5,090 nucleotides of DNA from an uncultured archaeon (GTDB lineage Archaea; Iainarchaeota; Iainarchaeia; Iainarchaeales; 0-14-0-20-30-16), in contig CAZMCX010000059.1 of the NCBI GenBank assembly GCA_964565125.1, forward strand, positions 1 to 5,090, written 5' to 3'. Below the pieces are notes generated by a model. That model had not been told where the DNA came from and made no database searches. It saw only the letters and a list, made by a program, of their open reading frames with translations. Below are positions 1 to 4,969 of the stretch, in pieces (within the stretch, counting starts at the first letter, position 1; the number at the start of each line of letters is the position of its first letter). The translations under genes were made by a program, and so were the position numbers.

Positions 1-405
1 TTGATTGGCTTGGGGGAGTTTTTTGGGGACTTTGTCTTCATAATAAAAATCTTTGCCTTTATTGCTATTCTTGGGTTTGTTAACAAGTATATCCAGAATA
101 AACTAATAAAGATAATAATGGTTGTGTTTATGGGATATTTTATCCTTATTGCAAACTGGGCTGTGTTTGGAACCATGTTTGTAATATATACTTTGTTAGG
201 AGTTGGTGTTGCAGGAATAATGACAGATTTCTTCTTTGCTGGCCAGAATATTATTGGAGAGGGTGCCCAAGAGCATGAAATGGCGCGCCAAAAAGCAGCG
301 GAAGAAATGGAAAGGAAAAGGATGTTTGAGGATGCGCCCCCAGTATCCAATTCTGCAGGATTACATAGAAGGCCTCCAATTCCGCCGCCGTTTATTAGAA
401 GGTAA
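1..405 (+). CDS. small polytopic membrane protein with a charged, Pro-rich C-terminal tail; probably 5'-truncated by the window edge
   Basis: The frame is open from nt 1, so the TTG at nt 1 is probably not the true start. Three hydrophobic segments (FVFIIKIFAFIAILGFV, IKIIMVVFMGYFILIANWAVFG, MFVIYTLLGVGVAGIMTDFFF) precede a ~55-aa polar tail ending RRPPIPPPFIRR. The TAA stop at 403-405 overlaps the next ATG (TAATG). No family recognised. Confidence 0.6.
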   Translation: MIGLGEFFGDFVFIIKIFAFIAILGFVNKYIQNKLIKIIMVVFMGYFILIANWAVFGTMFVIYTLLGVGVAGIMTDFFFAGQNIIGEGAQEHEMARQKAAEEMERKRMFEDAPPVSNSAGLHRRPPIPPPFIRR

Positions 406-770
406 TGTTTATGATTAGTAAGTTAAATGAAAAGGGGTCAATAATAATTGCAATTGCTTTGGCATTTGTGGTAATAATATTGTTGCCAATTGTGTTTATG
501 CAAATCTTTTCAATTTCAAAACCTTTATTTCAGGTAATAATCGCTTTTGTTATAATGGGGTATGTACGAAATGTGGGAATAGAAGGAATACCGTTTTGGA
601 CTTTGTCAGCTATTCTGATATACTTCCTGGCTTGGAAATATGTTGAAATTGCTTCAAGTTTTTATGTTTTAATGTTATTAATGGGCCTAGGATTTACTTC
701 ATCTTTGATTTGGGGTTCAGTATTTTTCACTGGGCTTTTAAAAAACAGGAAAATGATGAAGCAAGGATAA
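405..770 (+). CDS. small polytopic membrane protein (about 4 TM segments), unknown function
   Basis: ATG 405 overlaps the upstream stop by 1 nt. An alternative ATG at 411 follows the SD-like GAAGGT at 396-401. Four hydrophobic stretches (SIIIAIALAFVVIILLPIVF, LFQVIIAFVIMGYV, IPFWTLSAILIYFLAW, FYVLMLLMGLGFTSSLIWGSVFFTGLL) and a basic C-terminus (KNRKMMKQG). No family recognised. Confidence 0.65.
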   Translation: MFMISKLNEKGSIIIAIALAFVVIILLPIVFMQIFSISKPLFQVIIAFVIMGYVRNVGIEGIPFWTLSAILIYFLAWKYVEIASSFYVLMLLMGLGFTSSLIWGSVFFTGLLKNRKMMKQG

Positions 771-780
771 CTATAAAAAC
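771..780 (+). promoter_or_regulatory. TATA-box-like element upstream of the third membrane-protein gene
   Basis: CTATAAAAAC lies about 25-34 nt upstream of ATG 805. That spacing fits an archaeal promoter giving a leaderless or near-leaderless transcript. The surrounding DNA is AT-rich, so specificity is low. Confidence 0.35.
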
Positions 781-804
781 AAAATTGTGTTATATAGTGA
801 TAAT

Positions 805-1050
805 ATGGATTGGATTCTGTTAGTTGCGGATGTAGGGACATTCAAGGGAGATGTATGGTTAGCCCTGTTTCTTTATGTCAGTATAACAGTTTTTGCATGG
901 GCAAAAGGAAAACTGGGCAGCCCAGAAGTGGCTATTTTGTATACTATCATAATGATGTTTTTAGTGTTTTATCAGCACGATGTTCTGATTTGGATGGCTT
1001 TGGGATTATATCTTTACCAGACTTATGGTAAGGAGATATTCAAGGGTTGA
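805..1050 (+). CDS. small polytopic membrane protein (about 3 TM segments), unknown function
   Basis: The ORF track starts at GTG 787. I prefer ATG 805 (MDWILLVADVG...) because of the TATA-like box at 771-780. Hydrophobic segments: VWLALFLYVSITVFAWA, VAILYTIIMMFLVFY, VLIWMALGLYLY. No family recognised. Confidence 0.6.
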   Translation: MDWILLVADVGTFKGDVWLALFLYVSITVFAWAKGKLGSPEVAILYTIIMMFLVFYQHDVLIWMALGLYLYQTYGKEIFKG

Positions 1051-1055
1051 TCTGA

Positions 1056-1391
1056 ATGGAAATTTTCTCCTTTATAATCTCTATGTTTGTGATGATGGTA
1101 GCGTCGCAGTATGGATTATATTGGCTTATGATTATAGTTGCCGGTGTTGCTGCCTTTATGTCTAAGGAGAAGAAAGTACTGATAATTTTTGTAATCTATA
1201 TCGCAATTTTGTATTTCATAAAGGGCACTTCCTATGAATCTTATGGGATTTATGTTGCAGCAGTAATTATTGTAGTCTACCTTATCTTGAATAAAGGTGA
1301 TTCTGGTGGTGAAGAAGAAGCCTTAGGTGGAATGGGAGATCAGTATGGTGATCTTCTGAAGGGCCTTGGCGGTGGCGGTGGTGGAATGTGA
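1056..1391 (+). CDS. small polytopic membrane protein (about 4 TM segments) with an acidic, Gly-rich C-terminal tail
   Basis: ATG 1056 lies 5 nt after the upstream stop. Four hydrophobic segments are followed by the tail GDSGGEEEALGGMGDQYGDLLKGLGGGGGGM (nt ~1290-1388). No family recognised. Confidence 0.65.
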   Translation: MEIFSFIISMFVMMVASQYGLYWLMIIVAGVAAFMSKEKKVLIIFVIYIAILYFIKGTSYESYGIYVAAVIIVVYLILNKGDSGGEEEALGGMGDQYGDLLKGLGGGGGGM

Positions 1392-1455
1392 CTATTCCTG
1401 AAGGAAAATCCCGAAAAAAGCCCAAGTAAGCTTTATAAAGCCATGTTATATTAAT

Positions 1456-1480
1456 TATATACATATATATATTATATTTA
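1456..1480 (+). promoter_or_regulatory. AT-rich TATA-like promoter region for the gene starting at 1489
   Basis: TTATATACATATATATATTATATTTA-type sequence is centred about 20-30 nt upstream of ATG 1489. No SD motif lies between them, which suggests a leaderless mRNA. A 12-bp palindromic TATA-like GCTTTATAAAGC also lies at 1430-1441. Confidence 0.4.
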
Positions 1481-1488
1481 GTGATATC

Positions 1489-1833
1489 ATGAAATTGTTG
1501 ATCGTGTTATTATTGGGAATATTGGTATTTGGATTGATGAATAACTCATCCCTGTTAAGTGTAGGATTTATTCTGTTAGGAGTTTACCTATTGTTTAACT
1601 TAGTCCAAGGGGCAAAGAGCAATGCAAGTACTTTGAAGAAATTCATAGATGTCAAAGAAATTAACTTTGATAGCCTAAAATGCCCTGAAGGTATTGTGGA
1701 CAATATGTTAACAGATGCAGGAAAGGTTACTAAGAATATGCTTAACGGAAATAAACCTGAAAACATAGGAAAAGCCGTTGCTAAAGGAACCTATAATGCT
1801 TTACAAGATGTTAGTGCTCCTTTCAAAAGTTGA
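1489..1833 (+). CDS. membrane-anchored protein: two N-terminal TM helices and a ~65-aa polar C-terminal domain, unknown function
   Basis: Hydrophobic segments LLIVLLLGILVFGLM and LLSVGFILLGVYLLFNLV are followed by a K/N-rich soluble region. The gene has its own promoter-like region upstream and an oligo-T tract downstream. No family recognised. Confidence 0.65.
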   Translation: MKLLIVLLLGILVFGLMNNSSLLSVGFILLGVYLLFNLVQGAKSNASTLKKFIDVKEINFDSLKCPEGIVDNMLTDAGKVTKNMLNGNKPENIGKAVAKGTYNALQDVSAPFKS

Positions 1834-1842
1834 ACTAACTAG

Positions 1843-1858
1843 TTCTTTTCTTTTTCTT
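1843..1858 (+). terminator. oligo-T, archaeal-type terminator after the membrane-protein cluster
   Basis: TTCTTTTCTTTTTCTT begins 10 nt after the TGA stop at 1831-1833. Archaeal termination typically uses T-tracts. Confidence 0.5.
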
Positions 1859-1950
1859 GTAGGGTTAAATCTCATCCTGATTAGTTTAATTTGTCTTTAG
1901 GTATTGCTTCTTTATGGCCTGACTAATACTGTCCTTGCCCTACTTAGTCT

Positions 1951-2484
1951 TTAAAGTTTCAACTTATATATTCCAAAAATTAGATCCTTTACTTTTAATC
2001 CGCTTTTTCTTGAAAAGCCTTCTTTTTTAAGTAAGTTTGTTGATGCTGGGTTGTAATGTGGTTTTTCTACAATTACTGCATATATTGCCTTATATCCTTT
2101 TTCCTTGGCATCGGAAACAAGTTTGTTTGTGAGCTCAGCACCAATGTCTTGGTCTTGCTTGTGTTTTATAACCCCCAATAGATCCCAATAGATGAAGTCC
2201 TTTTCCTTTAACTTTGAGAAGTAGATTATAACTGGGTCTCTGTCTTTGTCTATCTTTTTTAGGGCTTTTTGCTCATAAGCTATATTGAAGCCAATAACTT
2301 TCTTTCTGTCTGATGCGATATAGCAAAAGTCAGAGTTCTTTATTCTATTGGAGATAGTACCAATTTTGGGTATTGAATAATCCACAAATCCACCGTCTTC
2401 TTTGGACTTTGCTGGTATTGTTAATTCTTTTATTATTTTTTGGATTTCTTTGGCGTCTTTTGCCTTTGCGTTTATTATTTCCAT
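1951..2484 (-). CDS. GNAT-family N-acetyltransferase (substrate unknown)
   Basis: 177-aa ORF. The C-terminal half matches the GNAT core pattern: WDLLGVIKHKQDQDIGAELTNKLVSDAKEKGYKAIYAVIVEKPHYNPASTNLLKKEGF. This reads as beta4, a Q-x-x-G-x-like acetyl-CoA loop, alpha3, beta5, then N..A/S..L.KK.GF. Recognised by eye only. Confidence 0.75.
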   Translation of the reverse strand: MEIINAKAKDAKEIQKIIKELTIPAKSKEDGGFVDYSIPKIGTISNRIKNSDFCYIASDRKKVIGFNIAYEQKALKKIDKDRDPVIIYFSKLKEKDFIYWDLLGVIKHKQDQDIGAELTNKLVSDAKEKGYKAIYAVIVEKPHYNPASTNLLKKEGFSRKSGLKVKDLIFGIYKLKL

Positions 2485-2504
2485 GTTATAAAATAGACAT
2501 TAGG

Positions 2505-2514
2505 CTTTAAAAGG
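2505..2514 (-). promoter_or_regulatory. TATA-like box for the GNAT gene
   Basis: The minus strand reads CCTTTTAAAG, 21-30 nt upstream of the minus-strand ATG (2484-2482). No SD motif is present, which fits a leaderless transcript. Confidence 0.4.
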
Positions 2515-2516
2515 TT

Positions 2517-2540
2517 ATTTTCTTTGTTTGATTTTCTTTG
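2517..2540. repeat. 10-bp direct repeat (ATTTTCTTTG x2, 14-bp period) between the divergent promoters
   Basis: Exact copies lie at 2517-2526 and 2531-2540, between the two TATA-like boxes. They may be a regulator binding site. Confidence 0.4.
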
Positions 2541-2550
2541 AATCACTAAG

Positions 2551-2560
2551 TTTAAATATA
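2551..2560 (+). promoter_or_regulatory. TATA-like box for the RHH antitoxin-like gene
   Basis: TTTAAATATA lies about 45-50 nt upstream of ATG 2604. This predicts a TSS near 2580 and a short leader carrying the SD-like AGAGGTGG at 2591-2598. Confidence 0.4.
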
Positions 2561-2563
2561 TTC

Positions 2564-2585
2564 TGTGTATATATGTATTTACACA
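2564..2585. promoter_or_regulatory. inverted repeat TGTGTA-N10-TACACA, candidate operator overlapping the predicted TSS
   Basis: Arms at 2564-2569 and 2580-2585 are exact reverse complements. An internal direct repeat TGTAT lies at 2566-2570 and 2574-2578. The repeat sits between the TATA-like box and the SD of an RHH-protein gene. Short arms in AT-rich DNA make significance modest. Confidence 0.35.
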
Positions 2586-2603
2586 TAAAAAGAGGTGGTG
2601 TTT

Positions 2604-2825
2604 ATGGCTACTATGACTTTATCAATTCCCACAGATTTGAAAAGTAAGATGGACCTTTTTTGTGAAATTAACTGGAGTGCAGTTGCCAGAGAGGCTTTTG
2701 TTGGAAAAATAAAAGATTTGGAATTTATAAAGCAGTTCAAGGCAAAGAGTAATTTCACTGAGGAAGATGCAATAAAACTTGGAAGAGATTTAAATAAACA
2801 GTTATCAAAAAGAAGGAGCATTTAA
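2604..2825 (+). CDS. ribbon-helix-helix (CopG/VapB-like) putative antitoxin or transcriptional regulator
   Basis: ATG 2604 is preferred over the track's GTG 2595 because AGAGGTGG (2591-2598) sits 5 nt upstream. The N-terminus MATMTLSIPTDLKSKMDLFCEINWSAVAREAF fits a beta-strand/helix/helix RHH pattern. The TAA stop at 2823-2825 overlaps by 1 nt the ATG of a PIN-like stub, as in vapBC operons. Confidence 0.7.
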   Translation: MATMTLSIPTDLKSKMDLFCEINWSAVAREAFVGKIKDLEFIKQFKAKSNFTEEDAIKLGRDLNKQLSKRRSI

Positions 2826-2929
2826 TGGATTTAGTAATTGATGCAAATATCCTTTTTGCCATATTGAAAAACAAACTAATAAAAAATAGTTTTGTTTATA
2901 TTATACAATGTTGTCATATACTTTTATAG
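2825..2929 (+). pseudogene. truncated PIN-domain (VapC-like) toxin remnant, 34 codons
   Basis: My own translation, since this ORF is too short for the track: MDLVIDANILFAILKNKLIKNSFVYIIQCCHILL*. The first ~15 aa match the canonical PIN N-terminus (hydrophobic strand, first catalytic Asp, then N/T-hydrophobic-hydrophobic). A PIN domain needs about 130 aa. The frame ends at TAG 2927-2929, inside the start of the next gene, which is in a different frame. Confidence 0.5.
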
Positions 2930-3570
2930 ACGGGTTCTTAGAAAAACACTTAGAAAAACATAAAGTTATTGCTTTAGGAACATCCCAAACTTCCCTGAAG
3001 ATAATAAAGCAAATGGCTTTACATAATGTAATTAAAGACCTTAAGCTCAGGGTTGTGCCTACTTCTTTAGAAATTGCCCATGTTCTAAGTGAGTTCAATA
3101 TTTCTTTGGCTAAACCTGAAGAACACATAGACTTGGTAATAGAGTTTGGGAGTTTTGCAGATAAGTTTTGTAATTACATCAAGACAGATACAACTTCTTT
3201 AGTTATAGATAAAATTATCGCCTACATGGCTTCTAAGGTGTTTGTATTTCTTGAGGCAGAGAGATATGAAAACTACTATAATTTGACTATTCCTTTTGAG
3301 GTGTCTACTTTTTGTGTGAAACATACTCTAAATTCTTTAAGCGCTTTTGGCGAAGCAAAGTTAAGAAAGATAGATGGCAGAAATTACAGAACTGTTGGCG
3401 GGAATTATTTGATTGACTTAGAATTAAGCAAAGAAATCTCTTTTGATGACTTGGAATACAAGACAAGGCAAATTCCAGGTGTCTTTGAAACTGGGTGTTT
3501 TTTAGGCGAAGCAGATAAAATATATTTGGTCTATAAGAATAAAATAGAGAAAAAATTGGACCGACTGTGA
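2908..3570 (+). CDS. ribose-5-phosphate isomerase A (RpiA)-like protein, highly divergent, with altered conserved motifs
   Basis: 220 aa, typical RpiA length. It is collinear by eye with the RpiA motifs: VIALGTSQTS (cf. GxGTGST), VVPTS, IDLVIEFGSFAD (cf. DGADE), IKTDTTSLVIDK (cf. IKGGGAALTxEK), IPFEV (cf. PVEV), GGNYLIDL (cf. DNGNxIxD) and IPGVFETGCF (cf. IPGVVxxGLF). No gene symbol is given because the active-site motifs are not conserved. Confidence 0.75.
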   Translation: MLSYTFIDGFLEKHLEKHKVIALGTSQTSLKIIKQMALHNVIKDLKLRVVPTSLEIAHVLSEFNISLAKPEEHIDLVIEFGSFADKFCNYIKTDTTSLVIDKIIAYMASKVFVFLEAERYENYYNLTIPFEVSTFCVKHTLNSLSAFGEAKLRKIDGRNYRTVGGNYLIDLELSKEISFDDLEYKTRQIPGVFETGCFLGEADKIYLVYKNKIEKKLDRL

Positions 3571-3576
3571 TTTTTT

Positions 3577-4773
3577 ATGCGTATAGCTTTTATTTCTGAT
3601 ACCCATTTAGGCTTTTCTAAGCATAAAATCGAGCTTGATTCCTATATCTATACTGAGCAAGCTTTTAGAATTGCTAAAGAGCGGGCAGACCTGATTGTTT
3701 TACCTGGAGATATATTCGATAGCTCGAGCCCAGGCGAGGAATGTTTATCTAAAACTTTTTCTATTCTGCAGCTGTTTAAAAGTTTTGAGTCCAAAGCAAA
3801 GGTGATAGAGGTTGTAGATAGAAGGCAGCACAACAGCCAAGTTACTTTTGGGATGCCAATAATTGCTATTCCTGGAACTCACGAATACAAAATGAAAGAA
3901 GATGGACCTTTAGAGGTACTGGAAAATGCAGGATATGCTATTTGTTTGCATGCGGGATATTGTAAAGTTCAGAAAGGAGAAGAAGTAGTTAATATTTTTG
4001 GAATGAAGGGGGTTCCTGAGCAAGTAGCAAGAGATGCTTTGAAGAAACTTTCTTTTGTTCCTAAAGAGGGGAAAAACATCCTTGTTTTGCATCAGTCATT
4101 TAAGGAACTTTTGCCTTTTAATGACGAAATGGTTGCTACTTTAGAGTATAAGGATCTGCCGCAGGGGTTTGATTTGTATGTTAATGGTCATATCCATCAA
4201 CATAAAATCTTTGAGTTGGATTCAGGGGTGTTTATGATTCCAGGTTCAACAATAAATACCCAAGTTAGGAAAATAGAAATTAAGCACAGGAAAGGCATTG
4301 TTATTTATGACACAGAATCTAAAAAAATAGAGTTTGTTGAGATTCCTGTCCAAAGGCAGTATAAGTACTTGGAATTGGATGTTTCTAAAGGCCTTGAAGA
4401 CCAAGAAGTTATATTTGAGGGTTTAGAGCCCGTGACTTATTCTTTTTTAGGAAAAGAGGTTGTACTAGAACCTTATGTAAAAGTAAAGCTTGTTGGAGAA
4501 ATAGATGAGTATAAGAAAAACATCTTGCAAATAATAAAGAAAAGAGAAGGATTTATTGTTGATGTTGAAAAAGATCTGTCGGTAATAGAGCAGAAAATAA
4601 AAAATATGGATCTAAAAGCAATAAGGGACGGGGCAATAACAACAGCAGAGACTGTGTTCTTTGATAATCTTTATGGTTCTGGATTTAAAAAATCCTTTGA
4701 TTTGAAACAAGTTTTTGAATATTTTAAGGAAGAAAAACCAGATAAAGTGCTTGAGTATTTGGAAAAAGACTAA
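3577..4773 (+). CDS. mre11: Mre11-type DNA double-strand-break repair nuclease (calcineurin-like metallophosphoesterase)
   Basis: 398 aa with the phosphoesterase motifs in order: I SDTHLG (D8, H10), II LPGDIFDSSSP (D45), III IPGTHE (T101-H102, normally GNH[DE]), IV LVLHQ (H172), V NGHIHQH (H205, H207). The N-terminal ~60 aa closely follow the archaeal Mre11 pattern (DxHLG...GDxF(H/D)SSxP). The start lies 6 nt after the RpiA-like stop. Confidence 0.88.
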   Translation: MRIAFISDTHLGFSKHKIELDSYIYTEQAFRIAKERADLIVLPGDIFDSSSPGEECLSKTFSILQLFKSFESKAKVIEVVDRRQHNSQVTFGMPIIAIPGTHEYKMKEDGPLEVLENAGYAICLHAGYCKVQKGEEVVNIFGMKGVPEQVARDALKKLSFVPKEGKNILVLHQSFKELLPFNDEMVATLEYKDLPQGFDLYVNGHIHQHKIFELDSGVFMIPGSTINTQVRKIEIKHRKGIVIYDTESKKIEFVEIPVQRQYKYLELDVSKGLEDQEVIFEGLEPVTYSFLGKEVVLEPYVKVKLVGEIDEYKKNILQIIKKREGFIVDVEKDLSVIEQKIKNMDLKAIRDGAITTAETVFFDNLYGSGFKKSFDLKQVFEYFKEEKPDKVLEYLEKD

Positions 4774-4780
4774 TTATTTA

Positions 4781-4862
4781 AGCGGGGAGTGGGAGTTGAA
4801 CCCACAAGTCTAGAAGACACCGGTTTTCGAGACCGGCGCATTAGCCATTCTGCCATCCTCGC
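4781..4862 (-). tRNA. tRNA-Ser (anticodon CGA), class II, no encoded CCA
   Basis: Manual fold of the minus strand: GCGAGGA-TG-GCA-GAATGGCTAA-TGC-G-CCGGT-CTCGAAA-ACCGG-TGTCTTCTAGACTT-GTGGG-TTCAACT-CCCAC-TCCCCGC-T. It has a 3-bp D stem and a 14-nt variable arm with a GTCT/AGAC stem. The acceptor stem has one A4:C69 mismatch, and the discriminator is U. Confidence 0.82.
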
Positions 4863-4897
4863 CCTGTCTTTAAAAATAAGGGGCTATCAAAGATTTT

Positions 4898-4907
4898 ATT
4901 TATAAAT
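4898..4907. promoter_or_regulatory. palindromic TATA-like element (ATTTATAAAT) in the divergent tRNA intergenic region
   Basis: A perfect 10-bp palindrome lying 36-45 nt from the mature 5' end of tRNA-Ser (4862). It is a plausible tRNA-Ser promoter if a short 5' leader is removed by RNase P. Confidence 0.35.
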
Positions 4908-4930
4908 ATTATGTATTAGATATAGATATA

Positions 4931-4948
4931 TTATATTAACTATAAACT
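4931..4948 (+). promoter_or_regulatory. TATA-like elements upstream of tRNA-Leu
   Basis: TTATATTA (4931-4938) and CTATAAAC (4940-4947). The second lies 23-30 nt upstream of the tRNA 5' end at 4970. Confidence 0.4.
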
Positions 4949-4969
4949 TACGGGGTAATTTGACCCTGG

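Noticed and set aside
282-289. GGCGCGCC, an 8-bp GC-only palindrome in an AT-rich locus
   Set aside because: It is a single occurrence inside coding sequence (codons for M-A-R-Q). It is explained by the locally GC-richer codons of the polar tail, and there is no repeat partner or flanking structure.
236-418. 60-aa K/R-rich ORF in an alternative plus-strand frame, overlapping the tail of the first membrane-protein gene
   Set aside because: It lies entirely within a longer ORF whose frame gives coherent TM segments. Its basic composition is what an off-frame reading of a GA-rich stretch would give. It has no independent start signals.
405-500. Possible class III (prepilin-like) signal peptide, ...NEKG|SIIIAIALAFVVIILL, at the N-terminus of membrane protein 2
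   Set aside because: The K-G-S plus hydrophobic stretch resembles an archaeal prepilin peptidase site. However, the protein has about three further TM segments and no globular pilin domain, so a type IV pilin-like call is not supported.
810-1031. 73-aa alternative-frame plus-strand ORF inside the third membrane-protein gene
   Set aside because: It is a Cys/Ser/Arg-rich shadow frame with no hydrophobic organisation and no start context. The overlapping frame encodes clear TM helices.
1282-1464. Antisense 60-aa ORFs at 1282-1464 and 1584-1766, opposite membrane-protein genes 4 and 5
   Set aside because: Both are shadow ORFs on the opposite strand of better-supported genes. They have His/Leu-rich or low-complexity translations and no promoter or SD context.
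1859-1943. Possible structured ncRNA in the 117-nt spacer between convergent genes (GTAGGG 1859-1864 pairs with CCCTAC 1938-1943; ATTAGT 1880-1885 pairs with ACTAAT 1922-1927)
   Set aside because: There are only two 6-bp complementary pairs with poorly paired interiors, which is expected by chance. There is no promoter-like element and no known RNA motif. The region is more simply 3' UTR and terminator for the flanking genes.
2579-3128. Antisense ORFs at 2579-2821 and 2901-3128, opposite the RHH and RpiA-like genes
   Set aside because: The sense frames carry recognisable family motifs (the RHH N-terminus and collinear RpiA motifs). The antisense translations show no motif and are typical AT-rich shadow frames.
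3648-4092. Antisense ORFs at 3648-3833 and 3910-4092 inside mre11
   Set aside because: They lie opposite a gene with all the ordered phosphoesterase motifs. They are short and have no recognisable features.
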